The notes: generated from the letters alone by a model not told the origin. Counted from the stretch's first letter, positions 1-10,736 are shown. The stretch is 49,803 nucleotides of DNA from Caldilineaceae bacterium (GCA_026914085.1 JAPPKG010000390.1:1-49803); one strand, 5' to 3'. Made by a program: numbers and translations.

Positions 1-91
1 GATGCAGTGTTAATTTCCGCGCGCAATAGTGCGCCAGGCGCCGGCAACGATCAAGCGCCGGCGGAGATCGATGCAGGGAACGGATCGCCCG

Positions 92-1372
92 TCAGCGCTC
101 TCCCTTAAGGACCCATCGCGAGAGCATCGCGTGGAGCACGAAGGCCGTGATCATGCCGTCGGCAGCCGGCACCGTCGTCAGCGCCAGCAGGCCCTGGTTG
201 GCGGCAGCGGCCACACTGGTTCCGGCGATCCATGCGAGCAGGGCGGAGTACCCGACCGGCGGTCGCGCGGGCAGGTGCTCAAGCCTGTAGGCGGAGCCGC
301 TCAACAGGAAAAAGTCGGCGATATAAACGCCGGCAATCGGGGTGGCGGCGATTCCCAGAATCAGCACGAAAGGCAGGAATACTTCCATGATGCCCAGCAC
401 TGCTCCCAGTGTGCCCAGCGCGCCGGCCACGATCGCCAGCTGTTTGTCGGAGAACCGGCGGAACGAAGCCGCAAGGGTCAGGACCGCGGAATACAGGTTG
501 ACGGTATTCGTGGTCCAGGTTGAAAAGACCAGTATGAATAAGGCAGGCAGGGCCACACCCAGGATGACCATGATCTTCATGATGTCGGTTTCGGCGAACG
601 CGAGGGCAGGGATTCCCGATGCCAGCATGATGAGGGGGTAGCCGGCCGCGAGACCGGAAACCGATTTCACGCCCTCCAGCCCGGTTCGTGCGTAACGGGT
701 CAGATCGGGCCCCGACACTGCCATGAGAATGTTGGCCCCCACAACGGTCGAAATGGCCAGGCCCACCGACATGTCGCCGCTGCCCCCGGTCGTCCAGAGG
801 TCCTGCAACTGGGTGCGTTGCAGGACCAGATAGACCACATAGAGCATGAACAGCGCCAATAGCGGAACCGCCAGGCTCGAGAACCGTTCGATGAAGCGGA
901 AGCCGTACATGGCGGTCAGGCTCATGGCCACACAGCCGATAAAGGCGCACAGAGCCTTGGGTATCGCGATTCCGTAGAACGCGTTGACGGCCTCGCGGAT
1001 GGCCCCGCCGAAAATGTCCCCGGTGGCCGCGAAGTAGCCGACGTAGGTCATCGCCAGCAACGGATTGACCAGAAAGCGAACCAGGCCGCGGCCAAATGCA
1101 AACTGAATGATCATGTAGGTCGACAACCTGGTGCGCGCGCCGATGATCGACGTGATGATCATCATCAGGCCCACGATCCCGCATCCGCCGAACAGCGCAA
1201 GCGTGGCCTTTCGCAAACCGAGGGCCAGACTGATTTCCGACCCGATGTAGAAGATCGGGAGGGTTACGCCGATCCCGAACATCACCACCGCGATCCGGAA
1301 GCCGCCGATCGTGGCGTGGTCGGGCACCCGGCTGCGCGTATGGTCGCTGGTGGATTCCGGGCGCTTTTTCAT
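92..1372 (-). CDS. Purine-cytosine type permease (CodB-like)
   Basis: 426-aa multi-pass membrane ORF. By-eye similarity to E. coli CodB (e.g. FSTWTTNTVNLYSA vs CodB NIWTTNDNALYAS; DLTRYAR vs DFVRFGR). Paralogue of 10737..11999. Confidence 0.8.
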   Translation of the reverse strand: MKKRPESTSDHTRSRVPDHATIGGFRIAVVMFGIGVTLPIFYIGSEISLALGLRKATLALFGGCGIVGLMMIITSIIGARTRLSTYMIIQFAFGRGLVRFLVNPLLAMTYVGYFAATGDIFGGAIREAVNAFYGIAIPKALCAFIGCVAMSLTAMYGFRFIERFSSLAVPLLALFMLYVVYLVLQRTQLQDLWTTGGSGDMSVGLAISTVVGANILMAVSGPDLTRYARTGLEGVKSVSGLAAGYPLIMLASGIPALAFAETDIMKIMVILGVALPALFILVFSTWTTNTVNLYSAVLTLAASFRRFSDKQLAIVAGALGTLGAVLGIMEVFLPFVLILGIAATPIAGVYIADFFLLSGSAYRLEHLPARPPVGYSALLAWIAGTSVAAAANQGLLALTTVPAADGMITAFVLHAMLSRWVLKGER

Positions 1373-1521
1373 GTTCTGCGGTGCGGCAGATCGCAGTCTG
1401 TCGATTGCCGGGAAAGCCTAGCGGGCGGGAAACTCCGCGCAAACTACCCTTTCGAGCGGGTTCCTTCGCTTTCGCCGCCCAGTAGGATTTTTCGGGTCGG
1501 TCTCAAGAGTCAGGAGTGCCC

Positions 1522-2346
1522 ATGAATGCCCGAACCAAGGTCATGTACCTCAATCCGGTAGGGACTTCGGCCTACGATGAAGTCTTCGCGGACATGGCGC
1601 GCAAATTCAAGTGCCCCGACACCGAGGTGCACATCGCATCGCTGAACCCGAATTCGGTCGTTCCGGAAATGAACAACCTGGAGTACCGCGCCTACGAGTC
1701 GTTGATCGTGGCGGACACGGTCAAGGCGGCGAGACAGGCGGCCCTGAGCGGGTTCGATGCCATGGCCATCGGATGCTTCTACGATCCCGCGCTGCTGGAC
1801 GCGCGGGAGATTTCCGGCGACACGGCAATCGTCGGACCCTGCCAGGCGTCGATCACGGCGGCCTTGAACGTCGCCAACAACTTCTCGATCATCATCGGGC
1901 GCACCAAGTGGGAAGACCAGATGAAGCAGACCGTGCATGAGTATGGATACGGAGAAAAGCTCGCGTCCTTCGAGGCCGTTGGACTTCGCGTGGAAGAGTT
2001 TCACCGGAATCCGGCGGAAACCAGGAAGCAGCTGGAACTTGCCGCGGAGCGCGCGGTTGAAGATAGCAAGGCGGAGTCCATCATCCTGGGCTGTACGCTG
2101 GAAGTGGGTTTCTATGCGGAGTTGCAGAAGTTCCTGCACGGACGGTTCTCCGCCAACGTCCCGGTCATCGATTGCTCCATCGCGGCGCTGAAGGCGGCGG
2201 AAAGCGCCGCCTGGCAAAAGCGAATCGGCTGGACAAACAGCCGTGTCTGGGGCATGGAGCCCCCGCCGGAGAGCGAGCTTGAGCGGTTCGGAATCTTCCG
2301 CGGAGACTACGAGTTCGGGAACCTGATCAAGGTGCCGGCAGACTGA
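1522..2346 (+). CDS. Asp/Glu/hydantoin racemase family protein (hydantoin racemase-like)
   Basis: ORF track 1516..2346. AGGAG lies 5 nt upstream of the ATG at 1522. The two conserved Cys contexts of this racemase family are present (IGCFYDPAL and ILGCTLEV). Confidence 0.8.
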   Translation: MNARTKVMYLNPVGTSAYDEVFADMARKFKCPDTEVHIASLNPNSVVPEMNNLEYRAYESLIVADTVKAARQAALSGFDAMAIGCFYDPALLDAREISGDTAIVGPCQASITAALNVANNFSIIIGRTKWEDQMKQTVHEYGYGEKLASFEAVGLRVEEFHRNPAETRKQLELAAERAVEDSKAESIILGCTLEVGFYAELQKFLHGRFSANVPVIDCSIAALKAAESAAWQKRIGWTNSRVWGMEPPPESELERFGIFRGDYEFGNLIKVPAD

Positions 2347-2521
2347 TCCGACCCGCCGCGGAAGGCTCCAAGACTACACTTCCGAGTAGTTGGCAACCCC
2401 AATTTCGACGGCTACTGTTTTGCCTGAAAGCAACGTGGCAATGAGTCCGTAACGGGATTGCTGAGCAGAGCGCTTCCAGGGGATTCATTGTCCCGAACCT
2501 GACGGCCGGAGGAGCTCTAGC

Positions 2522-4852
2522 ATGAAGAACTTCGCACTAACCTTACGAGGCGCGCTGGGAGTGGGGGTAGCCCTGGCGCTTGCGGTTTCGTTTTCGCAGC
2601 AGGCGGCAGCCCAGGCCATGCTGGAGGAAATTGTCGTTACCGCCCGCAAGGTCGAGGAGAACATTCAGGATGCGCCGATCACGGTGAACGCCATGACCGC
2701 GGCGCAACTGGAGGACGCGGGGGTTACCCAGACGGCGGACTACATTCAGTTCATTCCCAACGTGACCCTGGCCGAATCGCAGACCATCGGAACTTCCTTC
2801 CTGACGGTGCGGGGCCTGAGCCGCGTGCGCAACGGCGAATTGCCCGTTGCGGTCGTGGTGGACGATGTCCTGATCGTCAATGCGCGCCAGTTCATCGGGC
2901 AGGTGTTCGACACGCAGCAGATCGAGGTCGCCAAGGGTCCGCAGGGCGCGCTTTACGGCCGCAACGCCTCCAACGGCGCGATCATCGTTACCACCAAGCC
3001 GCCCAGCGAAGAGCCTGAAGGCCACGTAAAGCTGAGTTACGGGACGGCCAACGAAATGGGCGTGGAGGGCTCCTACAGCGGCCCGATCAGCGATAACGCG
3101 GCCTTTCGTCTCTCGGGCCGCGTGGTGAACCGCGACGGCTATTTCCATAACGTGACCCGGGACGAGGACGTTGACCCGTACGAGGACCGCACGCTGCGCG
3201 CCCGACTTAGCTGGTCCCCGAGCGACACGATATCCGTCGACCTGAAGGGACAGGTGTCCAGGCATTCGGGCAAGGGCATCGGCTTTCACTGGCCGGGCGC
3301 TGCTCAATTCGAAATTTTCGGAGTCTTTCTGGGAACGGCCGAGGAACTGGGGGTGACCGTTGACCAGGTGGTCAGCGAAGGCGCGAATCTGACCGGACTG
3401 CCGTACGTGGCCAACAATCCGGACCGCGGCACACGCGACACTTCGAGTTTCTCGGTGAAGATCGACGCTTCCTTCGACTTCGCGGACGTCAAGTCCGTCA
3501 CCACCTACGACGAACTGCAGACTTCGTCGGTAGCCGACCGTGCGCCCTACCTGTCGTACTTCGACGGAACGCAGCATTCCTTCGTGGACGTGGACGGCTG
3601 GAGCCAGGAAATCCGCTTCACCTCGAATTCCGACGGTCCGCTGAGCTGGCAGTTCGGCGGCTACTACCTTGCCTGGGAACGGTTGCGCTCCACCGTATCG
3701 GGGATCGACAAGGGCCAGGGGAACATCCGCGTCATCGACGTTCCCGAATTCGAGGACAGCACCAACCCGACCGGCGTTGACCCCGGCTCCTTCCTGTCGT
3801 TTGTCGAGGACAGTGACGCCCAGGCCGTATTCGGCAGCGTCGAATGGGCGATGACCGATCAGTTCACGGTCAACGTTGCCGGTCGTTACGACCGCGAAAA
3901 CCGCGAACAGCTTGTGAATCCCTACAACACCGCGGGGCGGGTCTACAGCCGGGCCGACGCCTCCGGCGTGAATCGGCCGTACGGCGCAGCCGCCTGCTCG
4001 GGCGCTCCGGGCGACATGCCCGACGTCACATGCGGCGCCTATGCGACTTTCAGCGAGTTGCTGGCCAACACCCGCCCTTCCCGCGAGACCAATGAGGCGG
4101 AATTCAGCAAGTTCCAGCCCAAGGTCACGCTGGCTTATGCCGCGACCGACGAGATCAACCTGTACGGAAGCTGGGGCATCGGCTATCGCGCAGGCCAATT
4201 CAACTATCCCGGAATCGGGATCATCAGCGCCACGGCGAACGAGTTCATCGAGCAGGAGGAAAACTCGGCCTTCGAGGTCGGCGTGAAGGGCGACTACGGC
4301 AATTTCCGGTTCAATGCCGCGTGGTTCTCTTCATCGGTGGACAACACGCAGTATTTTCCCTTTGACGGGCTCGCCTTCGTGCAGGTTTTCGAGGACATCG
4401 ACGAAGCGGACCTGGACGGATTCGAGTTGGAAGCTGCCTGGCGCCCGCTGGAGAACCTGGATGTTTATGCCGCCTACGGCAAGACCAATACGGAAATCAC
4501 CGCATACGCCGAGCGCCCCGGCACCGTGGGCAACGACCTTCCTTACGTCCCCAAGGATACGTTCAATGCCGGCGCCCGGATCGAGTTCGATTTGGGCGCC
4601 GGGTTGACGTTCTTTGCCCGGGCGGACTACGAACGGCGCGGAGAACAGTACTGGACGCCCGAGAACACGCATCCGCGCGATACGCTGAGCCTGGTCAATC
4701 TGCGGGCGGGCCTGGAAGGCGACAACTGGGCGACATCGCTGTACGTGAACAACGCGGGGGACGAGGAGTACAACTCCGAGGTCGTCACACCGCTGTTCGT
4801 GCACCCGGCGGCGCCTCGGGTCTGGAGAGTCGATTTCCGCTACAACTTCTGA
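2522..4852 (+). CDS. TonB-dependent receptor
   Basis: 776 aa. Signal peptide ending AAAQA, plug-domain start (EEIVVTARK), and C-terminal beta-barrel ending in aromatic ...FRYNF. GGAGGAG RBS upstream. Confidence 0.9.
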   Translation: MKNFALTLRGALGVGVALALAVSFSQQAAAQAMLEEIVVTARKVEENIQDAPITVNAMTAAQLEDAGVTQTADYIQFIPNVTLAESQTIGTSFLTVRGLSRVRNGELPVAVVVDDVLIVNARQFIGQVFDTQQIEVAKGPQGALYGRNASNGAIIVTTKPPSEEPEGHVKLSYGTANEMGVEGSYSGPISDNAAFRLSGRVVNRDGYFHNVTRDEDVDPYEDRTLRARLSWSPSDTISVDLKGQVSRHSGKGIGFHWPGAAQFEIFGVFLGTAEELGVTVDQVVSEGANLTGLPYVANNPDRGTRDTSSFSVKIDASFDFADVKSVTTYDELQTSSVADRAPYLSYFDGTQHSFVDVDGWSQEIRFTSNSDGPLSWQFGGYYLAWERLRSTVSGIDKGQGNIRVIDVPEFEDSTNPTGVDPGSFLSFVEDSDAQAVFGSVEWAMTDQFTVNVAGRYDRENREQLVNPYNTAGRVYSRADASGVNRPYGAAACSGAPGDMPDVTCGAYATFSELLANTRPSRETNEAEFSKFQPKVTLAYAATDEINLYGSWGIGYRAGQFNYPGIGIISATANEFIEQEENSAFEVGVKGDYGNFRFNAAWFSSSVDNTQYFPFDGLAFVQVFEDIDEADLDGFELEAAWRPLENLDVYAAYGKTNTEITAYAERPGTVGNDLPYVPKDTFNAGARIEFDLGAGLTFFARADYERRGEQYWTPENTHPRDTLSLVNLRAGLEGDNWATSLYVNNAGDEEYNSEVVTPLFVHPAAPRVWRVDFRYNF

Positions 4853-4896
4853 AATTCCTGAGCCGGCCGCCGGGTAGCGGTCGGTCGGCCGGCGAT

Positions 4897-6567
4897 ATGG
4901 ATTCGTTTACCCAGGAACTCATTCAGGACTCGCTGACCGCGACCTCGGAGGAAATGTTCGCCGCCATGGCGCGCGCCGCCATGAGTTCGGTGATCTACGA
5001 GGTGCTGGACTTCGGCGTTGCCATCACCGACGCCGAAGGCAACCTGGCGAGCGTGGGCGCCGGCATTCCGGGCTTCGTGGGCATGCTGGCGCCGGCCGTG
5101 CATGCTGTCCTGACCAGGCATCCCTTGCCGTCGATCGCCCCGGGCGACATTTTCATCGCCAACGATCCTTATGAGGGCGGGGTCAGCCACGCCAATGACG
5201 TGGTGCTGGCCATGCCCGTGTTCTTCGAGGGCCGGCTGATCGCGTGGACTGCGAACAAAGGACACTGGGTGGATATCGGCGGCATGACTCCGGGTTCCAT
5301 GTCGCCCGACGCCACGGAACTGTTCCAGGAAGGCCTGATCCTGCCCCCGCTCAAACTCTTCGACGCGGGCAGTCCGGTCGAGGCGATATTCGAGATCATT
5401 CGCGCCAACAGCCGATTGCCCGATCAGGCCCTGGGAGACCTGTGGGCAGGCGTGGCGGCGCTGAGGCTGGGAGAGCGAAGGCTGCGGGAATTGTGCGGCA
5501 AGTACGGTCATGCCACGCTCGTGGATGCAATCCGGCGCTACATGGACTACGGCGAGACCATGGTCCGCAATGGCCTGGCTTCGCTTCCCGAAGGCGAGTT
5601 CCGGGGCGCCGATCGACTGGATGACGGCCGGGAGATCAGCGCGCTGATCCGGATAAGCGGCCGGGAGATGACCATCGACCTGCGCGACAACCCGGACCAG
5701 GATGAAGGACCCGTGAACGGCACTCGCGACGCCACGCTGGTCGGCGCCCGCGCGGTCTTCAAGTCCATCACCCTGCCGGAGCCCTGGGCCAACGCCGGCT
5801 GCTTCCGACCTCTGAAGGTCCTGACTCGTCCCGGCTCGATCTTCCATGCGCTTCGCCCCGCAGCCGTTGGGCTCTACTACGAAAACAAGATGCGGTCCAA
5901 GGACCTGATCCTCAAGACGCTCGCGCCGCACATGCCGGACCGGCTTCCGGCCGGTCACTTTTCCTCGATATGCGCAACCGTTATCCGTTCGCAGACGCCG
6001 GGCGAACCGGACCGGACTTTCGTCGAGCCGCAGTTGGGCGGCTGGGGTGCAGGTCACGACCGCGACGGCGACAGCGCACAGTTTTCCATTTCCCATGGCA
6101 ATACCTTCAACTGCCCGGTGGAAGTCAACGAATCCCGCAACGGCATCCACGTGCGCCGTTACGCGCTCAATCCCGAAGCCGCGGGCGCCGGGCGGTTTCG
6201 AGGCGGGAAGGGCGTGGAACTGCACTACGAGATCGTCGGGAGCAGGGGCTGGGTCACGGCCGGATACACGCGCTGCGCCGTCCCGCCGTGGGGACTCGCC
6301 GGCGGTACGGATGGGACCGGAAATCGGATCGAGATCAAGCGCCGCGGCCAGGCGTCGAAGGCTGGCGCGGCGTTCAACAATGCAGAACTGGCCAGGGGTG
6401 ACGTCGTGCGGATCATTACCGGTAACGGCGGCGGGTTCGGCGATCCCTCCCGCCGCAGCAGGGAACAAATTCTGCAGGACGTGCGGAACGGCTACGTGTC
6501 CGTCAGCGAGGCCGTTGAGATCTATCGAGTGGCTCCCGAGGTTGCAGCCGCTGCAGCGAAACCTTGA
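4897..6567 (+). CDS. Hydantoinase B/oxoprolinase family protein (HyuB-like), no adjacent HyuA
   Basis: 556 aa, collinear with and clearly homologous to the second HyuB at 12054..13727 (e.g. DFGVAITDAEGNL / DFAVGATDARGNL; GGWGA; GNGGGFGDP / ATGGGYGDP). Confidence 0.9.
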   Translation: MDSFTQELIQDSLTATSEEMFAAMARAAMSSVIYEVLDFGVAITDAEGNLASVGAGIPGFVGMLAPAVHAVLTRHPLPSIAPGDIFIANDPYEGGVSHANDVVLAMPVFFEGRLIAWTANKGHWVDIGGMTPGSMSPDATELFQEGLILPPLKLFDAGSPVEAIFEIIRANSRLPDQALGDLWAGVAALRLGERRLRELCGKYGHATLVDAIRRYMDYGETMVRNGLASLPEGEFRGADRLDDGREISALIRISGREMTIDLRDNPDQDEGPVNGTRDATLVGARAVFKSITLPEPWANAGCFRPLKVLTRPGSIFHALRPAAVGLYYENKMRSKDLILKTLAPHMPDRLPAGHFSSICATVIRSQTPGEPDRTFVEPQLGGWGAGHDRDGDSAQFSISHGNTFNCPVEVNESRNGIHVRRYALNPEAAGAGRFRGGKGVELHYEIVGSRGWVTAGYTRCAVPPWGLAGGTDGTGNRIEIKRRGQASKAGAAFNNAELARGDVVRIITGNGGGFGDPSRRSREQILQDVRNGYVSVSEAVEIYRVAPEVAAAAAKP

Positions 6568-6597
6568 GTTCTTTCTCCATATTGAAATGAGCAGCCT

Positions 6598-7944
6598 GTG
6601 ACCGGAGCGGACGGACCTCCGCCTGTTTACCGCCCGGCGCGCTACTGGTACGTGACCGGCGTGCTGATGCTGGCCTACATGGTCTCGTACGTGGACCGTT
6701 CCATTCTTACCCTGCTGGTCGAACCGATCCGGCGGGACATGGGGTTCAGCGACATACAGATCAGCCTCCTGCACGGCCTTGCGTTCGCGCTGTTCTATTC
6801 GCTGATGGGCTTTCCGATCGGACGCATCGCCGACTGGCGGCACCGCGTCGGCATTATCGCTATCGGGATTGCGGTCTGGAGTCTGATGACGGCCGTCTGC
6901 GGGATCGCCCGAAACTTCCTCCAGTTCTTTCTGGCCCGCGTGGGCGTGGGCGTTGGCGAAGCGGCGCTGAATCCGGCCGCCTATTCGATCCTCACCGACT
7001 ACTTCCCTCGCGAAAAACTGTCACGGGGAATCAGCACCTACGTGATGGGCACCTACATGGGGTTCGGAGTTTCCTACCTGGTGGGCGCCTGGGTGCTGGG
7101 CGTCGTGCAGGGCATGCCGGACTTCGAGATTCCGATGCTCGGGCGGTTCTATTCATGGCAAATGGCGTTCTTCCTGGTTGCCGCCCCGGGGATACTGCTC
7201 CTGATGCTGTTGATGACCGTGCGCGAACCGTTTCGCCGCGATCGTCTGTACAAGGACGGCACAGGCGCGAAGGGCGTGCCCTTGCGGGAGTTTCTCTCCT
7301 TCGTTAATACCAACCGGCGCACGTTCCTTTGCCACGCCGCCGGCTACGGGTGCCTGGGAGTGCTGGTCAACGGGATGGCTTTATGGACGCCCACCTTCCT
7401 TGTCCGCACCTACGGCTGGGAGATGGTCGACGCGGGTGTCGCCTATGGCTCCATTCTTCTCGTATTCGGAGCCGGCGGAATCTATTGCGGCGGGTGGATG
7501 GCGGACCATCTTCAGGCGCGCGGGCAACGAACGGCTACCTTTCGTACCGCTGCGATCTGTGCTGTCTTCGCGATCCTGCCTGCAACGCTTTTCCCCCTGG
7601 CGAAAACGCCTTCCACCGCTTTGCTTGTCATGATTCCGATGGTGTTTCTCTCGGCTGCGCCCTGGGGCGTTGCGGTAGCCTCGATCCAGCAGATCACGCC
7701 CAACGAATTGCGCGGGCAGGTTTCCGCGCTGATGTACCTGTTCCCGGTCAACCTGATCGGCATCGGACTGGGTCCCACCGCAGTGGCTTTGATTACGGAA
7801 CGGGGCTTCGGAAATCCCGCCGACCTCAGGTATTCGATGGCGATCGTGGGGTGTGTGGCCGGCGTCATGTCCGCCGGCATCCTCAGCGCAGGCGTCCGGC
7901 CCTTCCGCGGGAGTCTTCGCCGCGCCGAGCGCTGGAAGACTTAG
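6598..7944 (+). CDS. MFS transporter
   Basis: 448 aa with GTG start. N-terminal YVDRSILTLL and GRIADWRHR motifs typical of MFS; multi-pass. Confidence 0.85.
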   Translation: MTGADGPPPVYRPARYWYVTGVLMLAYMVSYVDRSILTLLVEPIRRDMGFSDIQISLLHGLAFALFYSLMGFPIGRIADWRHRVGIIAIGIAVWSLMTAVCGIARNFLQFFLARVGVGVGEAALNPAAYSILTDYFPREKLSRGISTYVMGTYMGFGVSYLVGAWVLGVVQGMPDFEIPMLGRFYSWQMAFFLVAAPGILLLMLLMTVREPFRRDRLYKDGTGAKGVPLREFLSFVNTNRRTFLCHAAGYGCLGVLVNGMALWTPTFLVRTYGWEMVDAGVAYGSILLVFGAGGIYCGGWMADHLQARGQRTATFRTAAICAVFAILPATLFPLAKTPSTALLVMIPMVFLSAAPWGVAVASIQQITPNELRGQVSALMYLFPVNLIGIGLGPTAVALITERGFGNPADLRYSMAIVGCVAGVMSAGILSAGVRPFRGSLRRAERWKT

Positions 7945-7957
7945 CAGCCCGTGGCAT

Positions 7958-10693
7958 TCAGATCAGGTTGTGTTCGCGGGCGACCCGCATGGCTTCGGTG
8001 CGGCGGTTTACGGACAGTTTGCGGAACACGTTCTTCAGGTGGAACTTGACCGTATGCTCGGTCATGTAGAGCGATCGAGCGATCTGCTTGTTGGAGCGGC
8101 CCAGAGAGAGCTCCCAGAGCACCTCCATTTCGCGCGGACTCAAGGAGACGCGGTTGGATGCATCGGGGCGCTTTTCGGCCGACTGCTGAATCAGGTTGAT
8201 GGCTTCACCCACGAAGCGCCGGGTTGCCGTCTCGCCGGGTTTTCTCCGCCAATAGCTCTGGGCATGCCTCAGCAGCGCAAGCATCGGGCCGGGTCTTGCG
8301 ACCGCACCGGTCAATCCCTCGGGTCTTGCCATGCGTATGGCGCGCGCCAGCTGTTCGAGGGCTTCCCGGCGCTGATCAAGCCGGTGGAGCTGTGCCGCAC
8401 GGGCGACGCGCACGCGTAGCAGGAGGAATCCCGCACCCAGCTTAATGCAGCACTCTTCGGCCTCCTCCAGGAAGGCTTCCGCACTGGCGCGGTCCGTGTC
8501 CCCGCAATGGTTGGCCAGCGCCAGCATGGCGTGTACATGGTTGCGCCACCAGAAACGTTTCTCACGCCACAGCCCCGGGGGGTGTCTGTCACGGACCTTG
8601 CGGGCGATCAGCCCGGCCGCCAGTCGGTCGCCTTTTTCCACCGCCACGTGCAATGCCATGGAATCCGCGTGCCGGTCCAGACGCTCCATGGACCGCTCGC
8701 GCGCCAGACGTCTTGTGCGCTCGATGATGCCGTTTGCGGCTTCAATGTCTCCGTTCAGGAGCGCGCGATCGACCGTGGTTTCCAGTCCCAGCGCGTAGAT
8801 TTCGAACCACCCGTCGTAACGCGCCGTGTGTTCGAGGGCCATCTCGAATCTTCGCCAGTCCTCTTCGCTGAGTTCGTTTCGCCAGAACAGCAGCGCGCCC
8901 AGGGCCACATCCGACAGGGACTTGAGCCCGCTGTCGCTGCCGAAGTTGTCGGACGCCATCGAACTGCTTTCGCGGGCATCGGCGAGCGCCTGGTTGATTC
9001 GGCCGACGTGGAAATTGTTGACTGCGGCATGCACGTAGCAGTAATTGAGGCCGAGCACGGAGTTGGCCTGTCGCATGTAGCGCATGGCGGCGCGCAGAGT
9101 CGTTTCGGCAGTCCGGAAGCGCCCGCAGTAGATGTGCGTCACCACTCTCTGGCAGGCAAGCACGCCGTCGGTCACACGGTCGGGTTCGCCGTTGGGCAAC
9201 GCGTTCTGCTTCTGCCCGGTCATGTCATTCAGGGCGGCTTCATCGTCCTCGTAGGCGCAAAGCAGTGCGCCGATATTCAGAGCGTCGCGTGCAAACCACT
9301 TGCCCCAGTTCGCGTCGCCTTCGGTTCTTTCGCGCTGTGCGCAGGCTCGGTCGAAGTGGCCCCGGGCCGACGCCACGTTTCCCATCTTCAACAGCAGATA
9401 CGATTTTGCGATTTCAAGGCGGGGGAACAGCGTGACCTGGTCCTCCGGAATGAGGTTCAGAAGGTTGCGCAGGTAGCCGATCCCGCCGTACAGGATGAGT
9501 TCCCAGCCGCCTGCCGACTCGATCAGATGCGCCGCCCTTGGCATATCGCCGGCCAGGACGGCATGCCGCACGGCATGTTGCGTATCGCCATCGTGTTCGA
9601 ACCACAGCGACGCCCGCGCATGCAGTTCCTCCAGGCGGTCCGCCTCGCGCTCTCCCAGCAATCCCGTCAGAAACTCCGCGAACAGGTGGTGGTAGCGATA
9701 CCACTCGCCCTCTTCATCGAGTCGCACGATCAGGGTGCTGAGATCACTCAGCGAGTGGAGTAACTTCGAGGCGTCGGCGCCGCCGTACACCGCATTGGCA
9801 AGTTCGACGTTGAATTGATCAAGAATGGCCGTGCGGGTGAGTAACTGCTGGTGTTCATCCGCCAGGCCGCGCACGACCTGCTCGGAGAAGAAGTGCGCGA
9901 TGTGGCCCTCGCGTCCGGTCATGGCGCGCATGTCGAACGAGCTGCCGCCCACATAGGCCAGGCGGGCAAGCTGCACGGCCACCGGCCAACCCTCCGTTGT
10001 GGACTGAATGGTTCCCAGCACCTCGTCGTTGCGGATATTGCCCAGGGCCTGCTGCATTTCGGAATCGGAGAACCGCAGCAACTCGGCGCCGATTTCAATT
10101 CCCCGCCCGGTAAGGCAAAGCTGCGCAACGTTGAAAGCCGGCCGGTGTCGAGAGCTGATGATCAGATGGAAGTTGCCGGGCGCATTGTCGATCAGCTTGT
10201 CCATCAATTGGTCGATCGATTCGGATTCCAGTCGGTGGTAATCGTCAAGGATCAGAACCACGGGTTTGCCGGCAGCCTCTACCGACGACAGGAACCGGAC
10301 CAGAACCGACTCCAGCGGCAGTTCGGTAAGCCCCTGTTCCGCGAACATCTCGAGCTGGCCCAGGTCCACGCCCGCCTCCGCGAGCGCGAAGATGGAATAG
10401 CACAGAAAGCGGTAGGTGTCCGCATCCTGCCCGTCGAGGGTCAGCCAGCCGGCCCTGCACCCGTCCGCCGCCAGCCGCTCGCGCCACTGCGTCAGGAGCG
10501 TGGTCTTGCCGTAGCCCGCCGGCGCAATCACGATGGACGCCTGGTAGTTGAGAAGATCGTCGAGCGATGCGACCAGGTCGGAGCGCTCAAGCAGGGAATG
10601 ATGTCCCAAAGGCGGTCTCAGTTTGCCGCGCAGCACCCAGGGACCGGTGCCTTTCGCGCTTTTTCCTGATGTTGCTTTAACGCCCATGTGCAA
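7958..10693 (-). CDS. Large ATP-binding LuxR-family regulator (MalT-like/LAL)
   Basis: 911 aa. Walker A (APAGYGKTTL) near the N-terminus, long helical repeat region, and C-terminal LuxR HTH (LSPREMEVLWELSLGRSNKQIARSLYMTEHTVKFHLKNVFRKL). Confidence 0.85.
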   Translation of the reverse strand: MHMGVKATSGKSAKGTGPWVLRGKLRPPLGHHSLLERSDLVASLDDLLNYQASIVIAPAGYGKTTLLTQWRERLAADGCRAGWLTLDGQDADTYRFLCYSIFALAEAGVDLGQLEMFAEQGLTELPLESVLVRFLSSVEAAGKPVVLILDDYHRLESESIDQLMDKLIDNAPGNFHLIISSRHRPAFNVAQLCLTGRGIEIGAELLRFSDSEMQQALGNIRNDEVLGTIQSTTEGWPVAVQLARLAYVGGSSFDMRAMTGREGHIAHFFSEQVVRGLADEHQQLLTRTAILDQFNVELANAVYGGADASKLLHSLSDLSTLIVRLDEEGEWYRYHHLFAEFLTGLLGEREADRLEELHARASLWFEHDGDTQHAVRHAVLAGDMPRAAHLIESAGGWELILYGGIGYLRNLLNLIPEDQVTLFPRLEIAKSYLLLKMGNVASARGHFDRACAQRERTEGDANWGKWFARDALNIGALLCAYEDDEAALNDMTGQKQNALPNGEPDRVTDGVLACQRVVTHIYCGRFRTAETTLRAAMRYMRQANSVLGLNYCYVHAAVNNFHVGRINQALADARESSSMASDNFGSDSGLKSLSDVALGALLFWRNELSEEDWRRFEMALEHTARYDGWFEIYALGLETTVDRALLNGDIEAANGIIERTRRLARERSMERLDRHADSMALHVAVEKGDRLAAGLIARKVRDRHPPGLWREKRFWWRNHVHAMLALANHCGDTDRASAEAFLEEAEECCIKLGAGFLLLRVRVARAAQLHRLDQRREALEQLARAIRMARPEGLTGAVARPGPMLALLRHAQSYWRRKPGETATRRFVGEAINLIQQSAEKRPDASNRVSLSPREMEVLWELSLGRSNKQIARSLYMTEHTVKFHLKNVFRKLSVNRRTEAMRVAREHNLI

Positions 10694-10736
10694 GGGACGA
10701 CCGAACGGGGCCGCAGGGGAATTTCAGATTATCAAA

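Noticed and set aside
2543-4198. Long antisense or alternative-frame ORFs across the GC-rich half. Examples: 279..1442(-), 1510..2217(-), 2543..4198(-), 4840..6843(-), 8507..9763(+), 11946..13715(+), 14256..15629(-), 14780..15835(+), 18048..19907(+), 18532..19563(-), 22285..23757(+), 22598..23851(-).
   Set aside because: They overlap genes with clear family motifs. They have Arg/Gly/Pro/Ala-rich low-complexity translations typical of off-frame reading of high-GC DNA, and they lack RBSs, so they are not credible genes.
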